A stretch of 60,909 bases of DNA, filler included, from Sphacelaria rigidula (lineage: Eukaryota), in NCBI GenBank assembly GCA_964200075.2. It is 4 parts of 4 records of this genome, joined end to end, with 100 filler letters (N's around TTAATTAATTAA, not from the genome) between each part and the next. Parts side by side here need not be neighbours in the genome. Positions count along the whole stretch, not along the records: positions 1 to 15,156 come from CAXNAA020001884.1; 3 more parts are not named here. One strand, written 5' to 3'. Under the pieces are notes generated by a model. That model was not told the origin of the DNA, did not search any database, and saw only the letters and a list, made by a program, of their open reading frames with translations. Positions 1 through 12,881 of the stretch are shown one piece after another (positions within the stretch are counted from its first letter, which is position 1; each line of letters begins with the position of its first letter). The translations under genes were made by a program, and so were the position numbers.

Positions 1-1315
1 CAACGCACAGCACAATGCGGATATACTGCACCGCCAGGGTACTGCTTGCACCCGTCAGCATGACGGCTGCTGCCGTTGGCATCGGCGCCAGCGCTCGCGG
101 CCACGAAAAGACACAACCAGCCATACGAGTATTAAGATGGGGATATATTGATACACGAGCGTCGCAACGACCCGCTGCGGCGGCAATATACCACTCGCTC
201 TGTGCGTGTCTGCTTGCAGCTCCGTTTCTTTGCTGCTGTTATATCCATCTCGGCGTACACTACAGGTGTGACTTGAGCCTGCGAGCCAATCACAAGCATT
301 CTTCACTACATAATTCACTACGAAGGTGGCATTTCATTGGCGCTAGATTCCGCCGATTCCTAACTGGAGGGCCTCCGATTGGTTGAATTTCACATTTCAC
401 TACACAAGTTTATCCCCATGTATGGGCGTTGTGCCGATTTTGGTTGTTCGGTTGGCGAGTGTTTTGAATAAGGCTCGTGAGAGCAAGCTGCAGCTGAAAA
501 TGATGTATATTGTGTCTCATCTCTCATATGTCTCGCCTACGTACGTCTATATTATCCGTGGGTCACTAGTGGATCACGTAGGAACGCAGGACAGGCAATG
601 GCTGTCGGGGGACTTTCAGCACTGCTGTGAGAAAACATCCTGAACTTCACCACCATGAGAAGTACCGCATGTCAAACTATCTTTACTTGATGCAACAGCT
701 AGATACAGCAACTACTGGCGGTGGTACAACCAAGCACATGCATTCTACCTGCAACTTGTTGTTCTTCCCTAGCGAAAACTTCTCGGGCAAGGGTGCCTTC
801 AGATCATTTGGGCTTGGCGGTGGTGGCGCATACTCCGACACCGTACGCCTCGTCGTCTGCTGCAGTAACCGGTGCCGATGGGGCGGAACGCCCATTCTCA
901 CCAAGTGTTGTCGTATTGACATGAATATTTCCTTCTTGTGTTGCTTTGCACTTCGCTTCCAAGTATCGCTGTGGAGAAAATCTACCGTTCTCCTTACTAC
1001 TGTGCAATATTCCGACTAGCTGTTCGCTCCCGCAAGTGCTGCTCCAATGGGCTATGATAACGTAGCTATGTCGTCATAACCTTCTGTACTGCCCTGTCAG
1101 TGCGTCCCATCAAACCGCTGCACTTGGTCATGGTCCATGGATTATTGCGCCGCACTTCCTCACCAACAAGTGACAGTCACAGTAGTGTCAGTACACGTCT
1201 TGTGCACTAGCCGCCCACGATCTGTGCACTAGCCATAGTTAGGTCATGTGGTCTTGCTGGGATTAAATTATTCAGCATATAATATCTCGCACACTCTACC
1301 CTAGCTAGTGTTGGA

Positions 1316-4300
1316 TTGCTGCTAATCCAAGACCAAGGATGTTTACTTGAGATCAAATCGCAACACCCGGAGAGCAATTTCGAATCCTCGATGGCGTTGG
1401 CCAAAGTCGGGGCAGCGACGTCGACTGTATGTAGTGTGATCGCGAGTGGTGGTGGTAGTGGCTTGGAAGACGGCAGGCTAGGAGCAGCCACAACCGACCC
1501 ATGCCCAAAGTCTCTTAGTTCAATATTGAACTATAATAACCGCCTAGTGCGGGCATCAGATGAGAAGGAACTGGAAGGTTGCAGCACGTTTGTTCCCATC
1601 AACGGCGGCGGTCTCACTGGCCTCAACCAGGCCACTACAGTCGCATCCGAGCACCGAGACACCAATGCTGCTCCGGCCGTCCAGGCATGGGACTTGGAAC
1701 GCAGGGGCATAACTGAGAAAGCGGCTGGGGGTTGTGCAGGAGAAATTGCTGCTGCTGCTGCCGGAAGAAGTTCCTCCATCTCATTCCCCAGCAACAACCG
1801 AGATGAGAGTAGTCGAGTTGCTGCTGCTGCTGCTGGAAGAAGCTTCTCTGTGTCACTTCCCTCCAGCAGCCGAGGTAGTTTTCGAGCGCCGCTACCCAAC
1901 GACTTATTCCCTGAGGGTGTTACGAGCAGTGTACCGCCGTCTACCATGAAGAACATCTCGCCAATAGGGGGGCAGAGAAGCACTGAACCCGCTGCCCTGT
2001 CATCAAATAGCATTATATCAAAGGCCTATGAACCGGAGCTCGAAGGTAGTCAAACATGGACATGTCTTGTACCGACGACAGCACTGATTCGCAACGGCCA
2101 AGCAGGAAAAAGCGGGAGGGAAGCGAAGTTTCCCCCAAAACAGCCGGCGGGATCGGCACCGGTCGCCGCCGTTGCCGCCGCATTGCCGAAGAAAGTACAA
2201 CAACGAGAAGTGCTGCCGCTTCCTGCTGCCGGCACGATGTCACCTCTGATAATCGCACAATCATCTTCGTCCGTGAGAAAAACACTCTCAGATATCATGT
2301 CTGCTGCCACTACCGCGGAGAGCGCGTTGCACCAGGATAGTAGTACTGCACTTACTTCAGTCGACGGTCTTACACGGCCATTCACAGTGCCAACAGCTCC
2401 GACGGTAGCAGGAGGGAATTCTGTTATTTCACACGTCGCGAGCACTGCTGCCGTCGCTGCTGCTGTGGCAGCTGCCGATCACAACAATCATACAGTGCGT
2501 GAGGAACGTGTCAAAACCAAGGAGGGCACGACGGGACCGATACCAGTGTCGAGAGTAGTCGCAAGAGAGGGAGAGGAAGAGCTGAGACGTGCGTTGGACA
2601 GGCTGATGCCTCGGTTGCGTGATCGTGATGAACGGGTGAGTGTCGTCCGGCCGCTAATTTGGGGGTTGCGAGCAGCTGTAGGAATGCTTGCTTGTTCTTC
2701 TAGTAAGATCTAGTTTGTCATGTTCCAACGGTAGTAAGGTTTTCCATGTTTATGCGCTTCACCGCAATAGTAGCAATCTCGAGTTCGCTGTTTTCAAACA
2801 GCAAGGAAAATTTTATTCAATCTATTTCCTATCCATTCGTGTATATTCAGGTGAACTACCTTGAGTCTCGTCTGCAGGAGGCAATGCGTGGGGAGTCAGG
2901 CCGGAACGCGTTGATCAAACAAGTAGCGAAGTTGGAGGGTGAAGTAAAACACTTGCGCGAGAGGTTGGATATGCGACAAGCTGAGGCCCTGGTAGGTCGT
3001 ACTGTCGTTGCTGTCAAGACGTGGTCTGTTTGATCGCATGTTGGTGAAACATCGCATATATCTATCGCCTTGTGTCTACCCTTGTCGTCGCACACTGCAA
3101 GGTCGCCGCTTTGTGTTCGGTTGTGGATGCTGTGTCCCAAATATGCACCCATTGCAAGAGTTTTCCCGCACGTTCGTGAAATTTCTCCGCTGTTCCCTGA
3201 AGCGCTGCGTGCGTGCGTGTTATCGGTCACTCTCCGCGTTCACCCATTGAAATTCAACACTGGATCGGGTCCCACTGATACAACAGAAATGGCGAGACCA
3301 GCGACAGGCGTTAGAAGCCGAAACAGAGCGTTTAAACGCAGAACTTCACCGCGCACTGGATCGATGCTCGCGTGCGGAATCGGAGGGCCGACGGAAGGAT
3401 ACCCTTTTAACTGAGGCAAGGGTGAGCAAGGATAATCTTGTTGAAGCAAAAGCTAGCTTTGAAGTTGAGCTCCGCCACAAGGAGCAGCTCCTCAGGGACG
3501 CCGAGACAGACAGGAAGCGAGCCTGGCAGACCACTAACGCTTCGGCGGAAGCGGCCGCAGTTGCGGCGAGAAAAGCCGCGCAAATGGAGAGGGAGGCCGA
3601 GAGGCTCCGTCGAGAAGTCTGGCTCAACAACAACAACGGTGGTTCGGAACAGTCAAATGATCGGCGTCACAGCACCGCTCCTTCTGTCGGACTCAGATCG
3701 ATATCAGAGAGCGATCCCGCTTCGACAAGCCGAAGGCTCAGTGTGGGGGATACGCCGCGGATGGGTGGGCGTGTGAACGGGGGAATCATGGAGCGAGATC
3801 GGAACCGAGGGGTTTCGTTCAGCCCGGATCAGAGCGATCGAGAAATAGCTCACGACCAATCGGATATTCTAGGGAGAAGAATGCTTCACCAAGACCACGA
3901 CCCGCACCTTGTAGACCGTACAGTACGTCCTCCAGAGCCGCCGTCGCCGCCGCCACTCCCGGCACCGACGCAGCGACCACCTCTCGTTGAGGGTGTTTCG
4001 CCCTTGAGGGATGCCCCCGTCAACACTCTAGTCAGGACTGACGCAAGACAAACCGGACGGCGGTCATCTGCAGATTCCAATGGAGTTAGGAGCGCCCTTA
4101 CCGCCCAGAGCCCCGAGTGCGAGGACTTTTCTCCAACGCCGCAGCGGGACGAAGCACCAGTGACGCCGATGACTAGAAGAACGCCAGGAGGTCGAGAGCA
4201 GTGCGAAAGTGGCGACAGGGAGCGTCACGACTCAAACGGCGTCCGGGGAGCGCTCACCGCGGCGATACCGGAGTGGGCAGGGACCGCTAGTGAGGATCGG

Positions 4301-5949
4301 TATCGTCAAGAGGGACGCTCCCCCGCGAACCGTAGAAGGAGAAGGAGAAGCGACGGAGATGGGTACCGGTCAGACAGCTTTCGATATCGCGGAGGTATAG
4401 ATTATGAGTGGGGTGATGATCGCGGAGCTAGTGGCGGTGGTGCCAAGCAGGAAGTCGAGCTGGCTTCAGCAGATGGCCGACCTCAGTCAGGCATAGGTTG
4501 GAACACCGATAGAAACAGCACACGAAATGGATGTGACACTACCGAAGAAGGGGAATATCGTCTGAATCACCAACTGCACCGCTCTCCTGCCGCAGGGCAG
4601 CGGCGTGGTCGAGACGAGATGTCATCGCGCCGTAGCAGCCTTAGCGGAGCGGGTGTGGGAGTGCAGGGACAAATGACTTACGGCGAGGATCCGCGCACCA
4701 GCGAATCAGCCCGAAGTCGCGAGCAACGGGTGCCGAACAGCAATGATGATGATCCACCATGGGGTGCGCGAAATAGGGCTACTACAAACGAATCGGATGG
4801 AATGAAGCAAGATGCAGGGATATCTATGAGCTCGCCACCGACAGCGCGGTCATTGGCAGATGTCATAGAGGGGCGGGAGCCTGTCGTGGTTGCGGCGCCA
4901 TGCAGCGACCGAGAGGAACACCGCTGGCGTAAGAGGGCATCGGTACCGTTTGCCACGGATGAGGTGGACGAAGCCCTCCAGCCCCAGCGGGAGCTGGAGC
5001 GCAAATTGATGTTGCTGCAGATGGAGATGTCTCAGGTCTGTACATTTCTTGAGTGTAGGAGCGCCATCATCGCGCAGATGAAGGGTGTATACGTTCAAAC
5101 ATTTTCTTCAGACCAAGTTGCTCCATGTCGGAATCATTGGTGGTTTCACATCAGCCGAGTGATGAGTGAGCAGGAGTTTTTGCCGAAAGCTCGTCGGAAG
5201 GCGTTGTTATATTTGCATGGTTCTCTTGGAACAACAGTCGACAGCGAAGAGAGTATCAACTACAGGCGACGTTTTGTAGATCGGTGGCGATACGTCACCC
5301 CACCTCCGACGGCGACTTCGTCAATTCTGGTGTATTGCGATCCTCATGCTTGACGATTTTTTTCATTTATATCGTGAGCGCAAGGCTCCTCCCGCGCAAT
5401 CACGACCCAACTAATCCAAATGCTTCGCACGTGAGGCATCAAGCATGTCAACATCACACTAGGGCAGAAGCTGCAGTGAGCGCCCAGAGTGGAAAGGTGC
5501 TCGAGTTTTCATGATTAAAGAACTCCGTTTGGGTAGCCTCATCAATTGAAAGTCCTCTACTGACGGGTGACGGAAACTTATAAACAGCGTCATTTTCGGC
5601 GTACGGACAGTCCCCTTTTGATTGTACAGCAGCAGACCATTTGCTGCCCTACAGTGCGTGGAATTTGCTTTAGTTGCTGTGTATCAGCAGCTGCTCCGAC
5701 AATTTTGCCTCTTGCCTTTCCCTTTATCTTACCCCTCATTCGCTCCTACGGACCTGCTTCTTCACATTTTTTTCCTCATGATTTGAATAAAAACAGCTGC
5801 AGGCGGAGCAAACGAGGCTCTTACCGAAAGCCACCAAGACGATCCAAGGTCGCGGTCGCATGCGGGACATCGAAGGTCGATTGGAGTGGCTGGCCAAGGA
5901 AGCATCTAGTGTGCGCACGGCTATTCGACGGCACTCAAGGCAATCCTAG
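1316..5949 (+). CDS. Large low-complexity/coiled-coil protein with MPHOSPH9/enkurin-like C-terminal domain (spliced; 5' start uncertain)
   Basis: Phase-consistent GT-AG model, all introns phase 0. Exon ~1316(start uncertain; first ATG 1391)..2635 ends CGG|GTGAGT. Exon 2851..2991 is cag|VNYLESRLQ...QAEAL|GTAGGT. Exon 3287..5035 is cag|KWRDQRQALEAE...LMLLQMEMSQ|GTCTGT. Exon 5797..5949 is cag|LQAEQTRLLPKATKTIQGRGRMRDIEGRLEWLAKEASSVRTAIRRHSRQS*. A heptad coiled coil spans exons 1-3; the C-terminal helix-loop-helix resembles the MPHOSPH9/enkurin C-terminus by eye only. Confidence 0.75.
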
Positions 5950-7011
5950 AAGAAAATGCCTTCGACTGACCCAACGTGCGATGTGCAGGCGTTGACGAAT
6001 ACACGTGTGCCGGTCTTTGAAGGGGCTTGCTAGATGCATACTTCTGTGTGAAGTAGAGTTCTGAAATGTTACGGCGAACTCCTCTCTGGGAGGAGAGCGT
6101 CGCTCGTGTTGATTCTCCCCATGTACAAGGGCCATGTAGAATGATGATTTTTTTTTTTTTTCGACACAGAGAAGACCATGTCTATATATATTATTATTTG
6201 TACGAGAGCATTGTTACGTTGTACATAATGTGCACTATTGTGGCGCTCCGTAGATGAATGCAGCTCCGCCTACCACGACCCCCTCCCCTGCACTCTCACA
6301 TAGCTTAACAATACCTACATGTGAGCGAGAACTATATGGACCCCATGCAATCTACGAGTACCATGGACGTCGACCGAGGGTCAAAGCGCAAGGCAGTGCC
6401 GCCGTGTATCAGATCAACTCGCCTAGTATGCTGTGTCTCGCCGCCAAGCCTGTGGTGCAGCTGGACACACATTGGCCATGTAGCCCTACCTGACATATAT
6501 ACAGATTTATACCGTACGTGTACAGTTTTTCGCGTTGTCCCCGTACCAGGAAATAGTGGATGGTTAGGACAAATCATCACGACTCAAAATCACCAAATTC
6601 ACGATTTCTTCGGCCTGACTGCCCGAAATGGAGAAAAAACTTGATCGCTGGTCAAAGGGGCGTCCACGCAACTTTTGCGCCATTCCACGAGTCTGGGCTG
6701 CGTGTACCTGAGCTGCAACGCAGCAATAAAGCCCAGGGATCGATTCGTCACGAGTCGACTCATCATACTAAAACCAAGTAATTTTCAGACGAATCATTAT
6801 TTGTCCGACCCTTGAAATAGTGTATAATCCATCCTCGCTGCAGAAGCAATCTCCAGCACGGCGAGTGGCTCAACACAACACCACACAGCAGCAGCAGTCC
6901 CGGCCAACGCAAATGAAGAGAAACGCCCCCCTCATCCCTCGTTAACCGCGGAACACAGCTTCCGGTCTCAGCACAAGCACATATTATTTTTGAAGATCAG
7001 AGAGATCATCG

Positions 7012-10000
7012 TCACATCTTCAACTTGGACCGATGTCCACTGCGCCTTCGCGTATCCAAATCTTCCAGGCGGTCTTCCAATACATCGAGATCCTTGTCGA
7101 CTTTTTCTAACTGCTTCTCCAGGAGTGCTGCTTGCTGCCGTTCTCCCCTCTGAGTGGAGGCTCCGATGTGGTACAGCATGTCCTCTCGTCGCTGAAAAGT
7201 CGATTGGATGCGGTCTTCCAACTGTCGACGCTCCTTGTACTCCGCCTGAACCTTTCATGTCCAAAATATGATTTTAAGGGAGCATCTTAATGCTGGTGCG
7301 ACGTGCAGTGTAGATCAGAAAAGTGTCAACAGCGTCTGTTGTACGTCAAAAGATAAATGAAATAGTTTCGTCATATTGAGCTCCAACTTGCAAGAGCTGT
7401 ACTGTATAGTACGGCCCACGGTGAGACGCCGAAACAAGTTATGTGGCATGTATCGCACGCATACGAGCAAGGAGCTCTGCTTGTGTCGAGCGACGAAACA
7501 AATGGAATGCAAGGAGACCGAAACGTCGTGGGATAGAATCGTGACTGCAATCCGGGCGGTGGCGGTGGAGAATCTGCGTTCCATCTACAGTACGTGTTTG
7601 CTTGGAACATTGAAGTGCCTCCTGCCGCAGAGTAACGTTGGACATTGTCCGTAGTAGTGCAGCACTAGCGTGCAGTGTGAAAATTAGCTGAACCCTTGTA
7701 CTCCGCGGGGAGGAGAAATGATGCGGGTAGTTGCGGGTAATGGCAGTGTGGACCATGCTGCAGCAACATGACATCCAACAAAAGGATATCTGGCAAGAGT
7801 CCAAAATCAAAATCCTATATCCCACAATATGTGGTCTGAGTTCTACTTCACATGGAACTCCCTCCCCCCCCAAGAAGATGACAGGATTCCAGCTCCTAGA
7901 ACAACCTTTCTAATCATTTTCCCCGTTGATGTCTCTCGAGCCTATAGGGTCAACCAGATTCTCCGGTAAGGCGGAAAAGCATGTCGGAAATTCTCACAGG
8001 TTACGTGACAATCCTGTTTCTGGGGTCTCAGACGGTAACCATACGAAAACATTATTTTCCCACAGACAGCTGGTTACCGCAGGAGTGATGCATCGATAAA
8101 AATTAAAAAAATCCAAAACCAAATCCAAATATTTTGTGAATGCTACGACAGGCCCAAGTTTCTGAACAGCAACGAGACTGCTCCCGATTTTCACAGCTCT
8201 CGAAAAATCTCACCGATTGGCTCAAATCGAAAAATCCAACGCTCTTGTCGGAAGGCGTCCTAATAAAGCCCACGTTGACGTCAGTTCAAGCATGCGTGTT
8301 GATCAGAGCGTATCCGAAGTTCTCGACATGCAAACGTGTGTGCAGTGCAACTCTAACGGCGAGCGTTTGAATCCCTTGGATCGACTACGGTTTGTCACCG
8401 GGTTGTTTTGGTTCCAAATCTGCGAAGCTGTAGCTGCTGGTGGCAGGCCCAGTCAGTTGTAGGATCGCGATTCGAAATCGAAGCCGACTTCGATTTCGAT
8501 TTCGACTTCTTTTTTGCCGAGGCTCGAACTTCACGTGCACAAAACAACGGTGAAAATATCCCCCAAGGCGAATATTTGCCTTCAGACAACTAATGAACGA
8601 GGAACCTGTGCAATTCGTTACCCGTAGACAATTACCAGTCCAAAAGTCGCGTGCCTGGTTGCATGTGGACCAGGGGTAGGTGAGGTTTTTTAAATAAAAC
8701 ATGTCGAGAGTACTATAGTACAAGAAGTCGGAAAAACAAGGAGAGGGCAGGAGTTGGGGCAAGGGAGCAGATCCGCAATGAGCAGCGCAGCGTGTGCTTG
8801 TTACTTGAGTTTCGTGTAGAGTCTAACAACTCCTTGATCTTAGTGTGAAGTGTATCGACCACTGGCCTCCACGGTAGTATAAGGTCGTGCCATAAGCTAT
8901 TGATTTCAGAGCACCAGGACTCCCGAGGATGACCCAACAACTGTACACTCGAGGTTGAATCTCGAAATTAAAAAATGCTCAACACGATGCAATGAGTGGG
9001 GTATCGTCAGTAGTAGTATTTTTCACATGTGGAGCAATGAGATTCTTTTCCTATGCAGTGCGCACTTGTCGCGTTCAGCGGCACGAACTCATGCGCCACC
9101 TCTCAAACGCGCTCACCACCACAACAGCGCACAGCGTCGATATACGTTTTTTCCGACAAATGCATGAATCATGCTTTCATTTCTTAATGCACACAGAAAA
9201 GGGTTCGTCGGGGCAGGGGTGCCACATATCCAACGTTGACCGACCCGCGTAACAGCTCTAGGCTGAAAAATTCAACGTTTTCGGTGACCACGGTGATGAT
9301 TCGTGGGGCTTGTGGTCGAATCACTCATCGTCGTTTTTCTTTCAGTCGTAGGACTCGACTCCTACTCGTCATGGTCCATTACCCGAATTTTGTCGTAGGA
9401 GTCGACTCTGAATGGTCGCCATTTTGGAATTAAGTCGTAGGAACCGACTCTGACTCGTCGACATTTTCTAAAATTAGTGGTAAATCCTTAGTCATCGTCA
9501 TTTTCCAAATTTAGTCGTAGGAGTTGTGAATCACGACTAAAGAGTCGGTGGATGTATGAATTCGCATAACTAGTTGCAGCATTTGAACAACTTCCGGCCA
9601 CGCAACTAGTAACAGCTGAGCCATGCAGGGCGTGAAATCTTTGGCGACTTGTGCTCATTTTGCCGTCGGGTGGCTCAGGTGGTTTGTATTGTAGATGCAA
9701 GCCTGAGAAAATACATACATGGAAAACGGCAGCTTTGACCACGTTGAGGACGGCGTATTGCGCGAGTTGAGGGGGTGTGCTGGCGAGTGCGGGGATGATA
9801 TGGAAGTACTAAAACCTGTCGCCCCGGTGACTCAGTTGATAACCTCGAAAGCCTCTGACGATTGAGACGCGGGTTCGAATCTCGGTGAAGTCACAATATC
9901 TGGGATTTCTTATCGTATCATGCCCAACAGAGGAGAGCGAGTATGTCGTGGGCACATAAAATTCGACTTCACGGTCGTCGAGGGAAAGGGATCGCTGAAC

Positions 10001-12477
10001 AATTTTCGCGATGAAAAAAGGAAGGCAAGCACCGCAGAAGGACGGTGGAGTGCTAAAACAAGAAAAAACTCCTGTGTTGACCTACATTCCTCCTGTATGA
10101 CCCCGGCTGATGTGCCCACGTATACTGAAGGTGAAGGCTGGCGTCCAGAATAAATGAGATTACAAGACACACTACAACCGAATGTCCACAAATTGACATT
10201 TTACTTGTTACATGAATGGACCAGAGAGACGCCTCGGCGGCAACGGCCGCATCGAGCGAAAGGTTCATAGCGTACATCCAACAGTACCTCTGCATACCCA
10301 GATCTCCCTCTCCGGTGATCAGTGCAGCCGCGGGCTTGTGTGCGGGTGCCGGATGGCAGCGCCGTGCAACTTGGGCCGGAGAAAGGAACGACAGACTACT
10401 TCATTGCCCTATCGTTATGGATGCAGTCATTTACATCCCGTACAGACAAGTTAGTATAGTGTGCTCCGAACCCATACGTACGGGTCCCTACATGAAAAAT
10501 GAAAATTCTTTACGAGCTGGGCTAGCCAACAGCTTGGCAAGTGACGTACCGCTTAATATTAGGGGTTGGACCGTGAAATTATGACGAGATTTTTATTATC
10601 AATACGCGGAACGTATTCGGAGCAGCAAAGATGAAGAAAAACACCAGAAAGTTACAGCGATTTGAAGTTTCAACAAGAACAAGATACTGTCATAACTCCA
10701 TGAAAAACACAAAAAACCGTTGCTGGTTCGAGCACGAACTTCCAACTTGCATTCAGAAGATCCTCGTAAAACTTCGGTTGAACACCTGAACTTGGGCGGA
10801 GCACTCCACTTTTTGTGTCAACCCTGCGCCTCGCTAATCTAAGTGACACAGTATAGAGCCGGTCGCTCCGGTGGCTCAGTTGGTAACCTCGAAACCTTCT
10901 GAGAATTGGGTCGTGGGNNNNNNNNNNTTTTTCTCACACCATGCCCAACAGTGGAGAGCGACTATGGTGTGGGTACACAAAATTCGACGTGACGGTCGAC
11001 GAGGGAAAGGGATTGCTGAACTCCTCTCGCGATAAAAAGTAAGAGGCAAGCACCGTAGAAGGAAGGTGGAGTATAAAAAACAAAGAATAAAGAAAAGGTC
11101 CTTTGTTCACTTCCCTCCTGTGTGACCCCGGCTGGTGCGCCCACATATACCGAAAGGTGTAGACCGGCGTCCAGAATAGATGGGACGACAACACACACAG
11201 TATACGAGATTTCAGTTAGAGATGTCTAGGACCAGAGCTCAGAAAAAAATAGAGAGGCGCGTGCACTGCGCCAAGTTGACAGGGGGTTTTAGTGGGTTCA
11301 ACTCCCACACTGCCTTAAGCAAAGCTTTCCGAACGCTCGCGGCGCCTGTCCCGTATGACCGCCACACGGTGGTCTAGCCGAGCCTCCGGGTAATCGGCAC
11401 ACGAACCCGCTTGCCGGGTAAGTGTTGAGTGAGGTTTCCTCATTCCTTCAAGGGGGGAAAAAAAGGCATAGAGGTCACGAGTTTCAAGTCCGACATATCC
11501 TCTTTTTTTTCGCAGAATCTGGTTCCATCGTTGAGGACATGTACTATGCAGTACATTTTCTGTTCGTTTTCTTCTTCGCGGCAATGCGTGCATCGCCATG
11601 TTGGTCTGCAGTTCACAGTGATACCCTTCTTTTGGGCTGCTTCGGGAAACTGAAAAAGTTACTGTGTGCCCAGCATATGCACGTTTTGCTCCTGACCCAG
11701 CTCGTACGGAGGGGAGAAATTGTGGATGGAGATTCGCGCGACTGAGCGAACCCCCATGCCCATTGATCGCGAAGAACGAGCTTGTACCTTGTGGTAAGGT
11801 GTTGGTACTGAATTCAAGTGGTCCGTCTTGGGGCTATATTGGAGTCGAGTAATTAACTGATCGGTACATCTAAGCCGGGTGATTACCCGCAATCGCTGTT
11901 GTATAGGAATTAGATGAGGCACCACCCATGGTACTGCTGTACTGGATCATTTCGGGTGAGATTTTCTCGTTTTTGGTCCAATAATTGCGAGAGCAGACAC
12001 AGTACAAGGTCGGTGAAGATGCCAGAACACGATGGCCGCGTACAACACTGAGTATTGAATGGTCATGTACGCTATGGACTGCGCTCCTGCCGTCTCCCAC
12101 CCAGGCAAATTTAGCAACCAAGAAACAAGCAGTCATTTGCTGATCAGACCCACGTAGGTACCGCAATCCAAGGTGAGCCCTGCTTCATGGGAAACTTGTC
12201 GAGAGGCTATGGTGGATCCATGTAGCGGATGTTGTAGTGGCACAACCGTCCTGTGATGTGGTAGACTATACTGTCTATACGAGGTCTGTACTGTTTGTGT
12301 TGTCGCCTGGATTCTTCCATTTACCACGGTGCGGGACGGGAACACAGTTACGCATACCTTACTCAAAGACAGCGTTCCCCAGAAACCGTACATCACCGAT
12401 ACGTAAATGAACAGCAGAAGAAGGAAGAATGCACATAATATCCTGATATCATGTCCTAATACGCGCTCAGGCTCCAT
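7012..12477 (-). CDS. Small (~117-119 aa) single-TM + coiled-coil protein of unknown function, two exons
   Basis: Exon 1 12477..12358 is MEPERVLGHDIRILCAFFLLLLFIYVSVMYGFWGTLSLSK with donor AAG|GTATGC (phase 0). The terminal exon starts at 7251 (aag|) or 7245 (cag|), both phase 0, and reads (VQ)AEYKERRQLEDRIQ...LLEKQLEKVDKDLDVLEDRLEDLDTRRRSGHRSKLKM*, stop at 7012. The join gives a coherent hydrophobic helix + amphipathic coiled coil. Additional internal exons cannot be excluded. Confidence 0.6.
9340..9550. repeat. Cluster of short GTCGTAGGA/CGACTC motifs in both orientations (subterminal repeats of a non-autonomous DNA transposon)
   Basis: agtcgtaggactcgactcc, gtcgtaggagtcgactctga, agtcgtaggaaccgactctgactcg and agtcgtaggagt recur within ~210 bp. 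Termini not resolved. Confidence 0.4.
9818..10178 (+). mobile_element. tRNA-derived SINE, family 1, copy A
   Basis: Pol III A-box-like GGTGACTCAGTTGAT and B-box GGTTCGAATCT, then a ~270-bp body shared with copy B (catgcccaacag.ggagagcga.tat...aaattcgac..acggtcg.cgagggaaagggat...ggcgtccagaata) and a CA-rich tail. Confidence 0.75.
10856..11194 (+). mobile_element. tRNA-derived SINE, family 1, copy B, with 10-bp TSD
   Basis: A-box TGGCTCAGTTGG; the B-box region overlaps a 10-N gap; same body as copy A; (CA)n tail. Flanked by direct repeat ACACAGTATA at 10846-10855 and 11195-11204. Confidence 0.8.
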
Positions 12478-12881
12478 GGTGCAGCAGTAGCAGCCTAGGA
12501 GAGGCTAGAAGAGGAGTACCCAGGCAGCGTGTACAGTGTTGTAATATATACAGCGGAGTGGAGGAACGTCCTTCACTCAACACATCTGCTTCTCGGACCC
12601 GTTTGTGCATTCACGTGCCATGTCGTCGTCGTCTTCTAGCACCGTATACAGGGAAATATGCAATGCATCAACAGCGATTCGTAATCTATCAATTTCTTGC
12701 TTTTCCCCTCATCATATAACGTGCAAAGGTATCTACAACAATCAGAATGAGCAAACCCCACGCAAGTACGGAAAGAAAGGACACAATGGACTGGAAAATA
12801 ACACCGCAGATAATACCATAAAGGATGCTGCGCCCTCACTTGCTCGTGTGCAGCGCTCACCGTTCTCTGCTGCCGGCCTAC

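Noticed and set aside
55-960. Possible minus-strand exon(s), e.g. ...RTVSEYAPPPPSPNDLKAPLPEKFSLGKNNKLQ|gtag
   Set aside because: No recognisable domain and no consistent neighbouring exons at the contig edge.
5036-5353. 3' extensions of ORFs past splice donors (also 2636-2713, 19699-19812, 59292-59486)
   Set aside because: Intronic read-through; conserved protein sequence resumes at downstream phase-matched exons.
9818-9890. tRNA genes at the heads of 9818, 10856, 14407, 49243 and 56612
   Set aside because: A/B boxes are present but there is no complete cloverleaf or acceptor stem, and each continues into a shared repeat body, so these are SINE heads.
7345-10370. Extra minus-strand exons (~10370-10205, 7582-7462, 7397-7345) for the small TM gene
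   Set aside because: Phases can be chained, but splice sites are weak and the peptides look random; the two-exon model is more coherent. RNA-seq is needed.
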